From NCBI RefSeq assembly GCF_009914755.1, contig NC_060936.1: a stretch of DNA of 64,000 nt; one strand, 5' to 3'. Below the pieces are notes generated by a model. That model was not told where the DNA came from and did no database searches. It worked only from the letters and a program-made list of their open reading frames with translations. This DNA comes from the human T2T-CHM13v2.0 reference genome, Homo sapiens. Shown here in pieces: positions 62,837 to 64,000 of the stretch (position 1 is its first letter; each line of letters starts with the position of its first letter). The position numbers and the translations under genes are program-made.

Positions 62837-64000
62837 AAGTGAAAGTTGAATTTTAATGGGAAATATGAGTTAAGATTTGAACATCTGGAGTTTGAAATTC
62901 CATCATGACCCACATTATCCTTAATTTTCTCATTGTATAAATGGATAAAATAATAATACCTATCTTATCAGGTTTTTAGGAGAATAACAATAATAATAGG
63001 TAACACTTACCTGGTAGGTTATACTTTTTATGTACCAAGCACTACTCTAAGCACCTTAAATATTTCAACCTAGATTAATCCCATATTACGATGAGGAATC
63101 TGAGGCACAAGGAGGCTAAGTAACTTTCCCAGGATCACACAGATCATGTGTGTCAGACTCAGAATTTGAACTCAGGCAGGTGCAGCTCCAGGGCCAGTAT
63201 CTTCAGCCTCTTCATAGTCCTACCTCTGGCATGGTTCTGTACTTGGGGTGTTAAAAGCCAGTATGAACTGTTAGTTGACATTATTCATATGAAGATGTTA
63301 AGCAAGAATTTAGAAATTTAGGCTTGGAGTTTAGGCCAAAGCCTGGACTAATGGATCATCTCTATAGGGCTGTTATGTAAAGAGTGAGAATGGTTGAGCT
63401 CCCCGAACAAGAGTATGTAGAGTAAAAAGAGAAGCAAGCATACAGTCTTCAGGGGACTCCTGATATTTAGAAATGGTCAGGCAAAAAAGAAGTTAGGAGA
63501 GGAGATAGAGCAGGATCTGCAGAGAAGTGGAGGATGATGGTGGCCAAGGGAAGAAGCACAACGTAAGTGAACTAATCATGCCATCCAGTGCAACAGACTC
63601 GTTACAAAGCTGTATCCAACAGACTGTCCCTGGTCCTGCTGTCAGGTCAGTTCATGAACCTGGAATCCAGAATGCAAAAAATTGAGGACTACACGGGGGC
63701 TGATGAACTGCAGGTGGCCTGGTTAGTTCATCCTTTCAAGGAACTGATCCGAGAGAGACATGGTAGATAGCTTGGGTTTGAGGAAGGCTCAGGTAGAGAG
63801 GAGGATATTAAAAGAAGAAAAAGGGAGGAAGGAATGAGTGCATGGTCCAGGGTAGAGAGATGGGGCTAGACCCAAAATCAAGTGGAGGGCAGTGGGTTAG
63901 CCTCGAAATCCATAAGAACCCTTCTTCTGATGCGATGGAAGAGAGGATAGGGGAAATGGAAAAAAAAAAGATGTGATCAGAAGGGATACGAATTGAGTAA

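Overview
Primate (very likely human) genomic DNA, AT-rich and dense in Alu, L1, L2, MIR and LTR repeats; nothing prokaryotic. Eight + strand coding exons (301-31792) splice into a clean 1032-nt ORF (343 aa; coiled-coil/acidic protein with one C-terminal TM helix), which I recognise as SMCO2 (TMCO5 family). Its last intron holds a 5'-truncated processed RARS1 pseudogene split by an AluJ. About 22 kb downstream is a CpG-rich promoter and non-coding first exon that I recognise as PPFIBP1, followed by its intron 1. Main observations: (1) SMCO2 appears to be built from an internal duplication of an exon module, with matching intron phases; (2) its C-terminal tail resembles atypical KASH peptides; (3) an ~830-bp non-repeat sequence was retrotransposed (17-bp TSD, poly-A, AATAAA) into an MLT1B LTR; (4) a nested MLT2/THE1/MST LTR composite sits under one TSD and contains a 57-bp locally templated insertion; (5) there is a uORF in PPFIBP1 exon 1. 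Gene names and repeat subfamilies come from recognition without a database; repeat boundaries are approximate unless TSDs are given.
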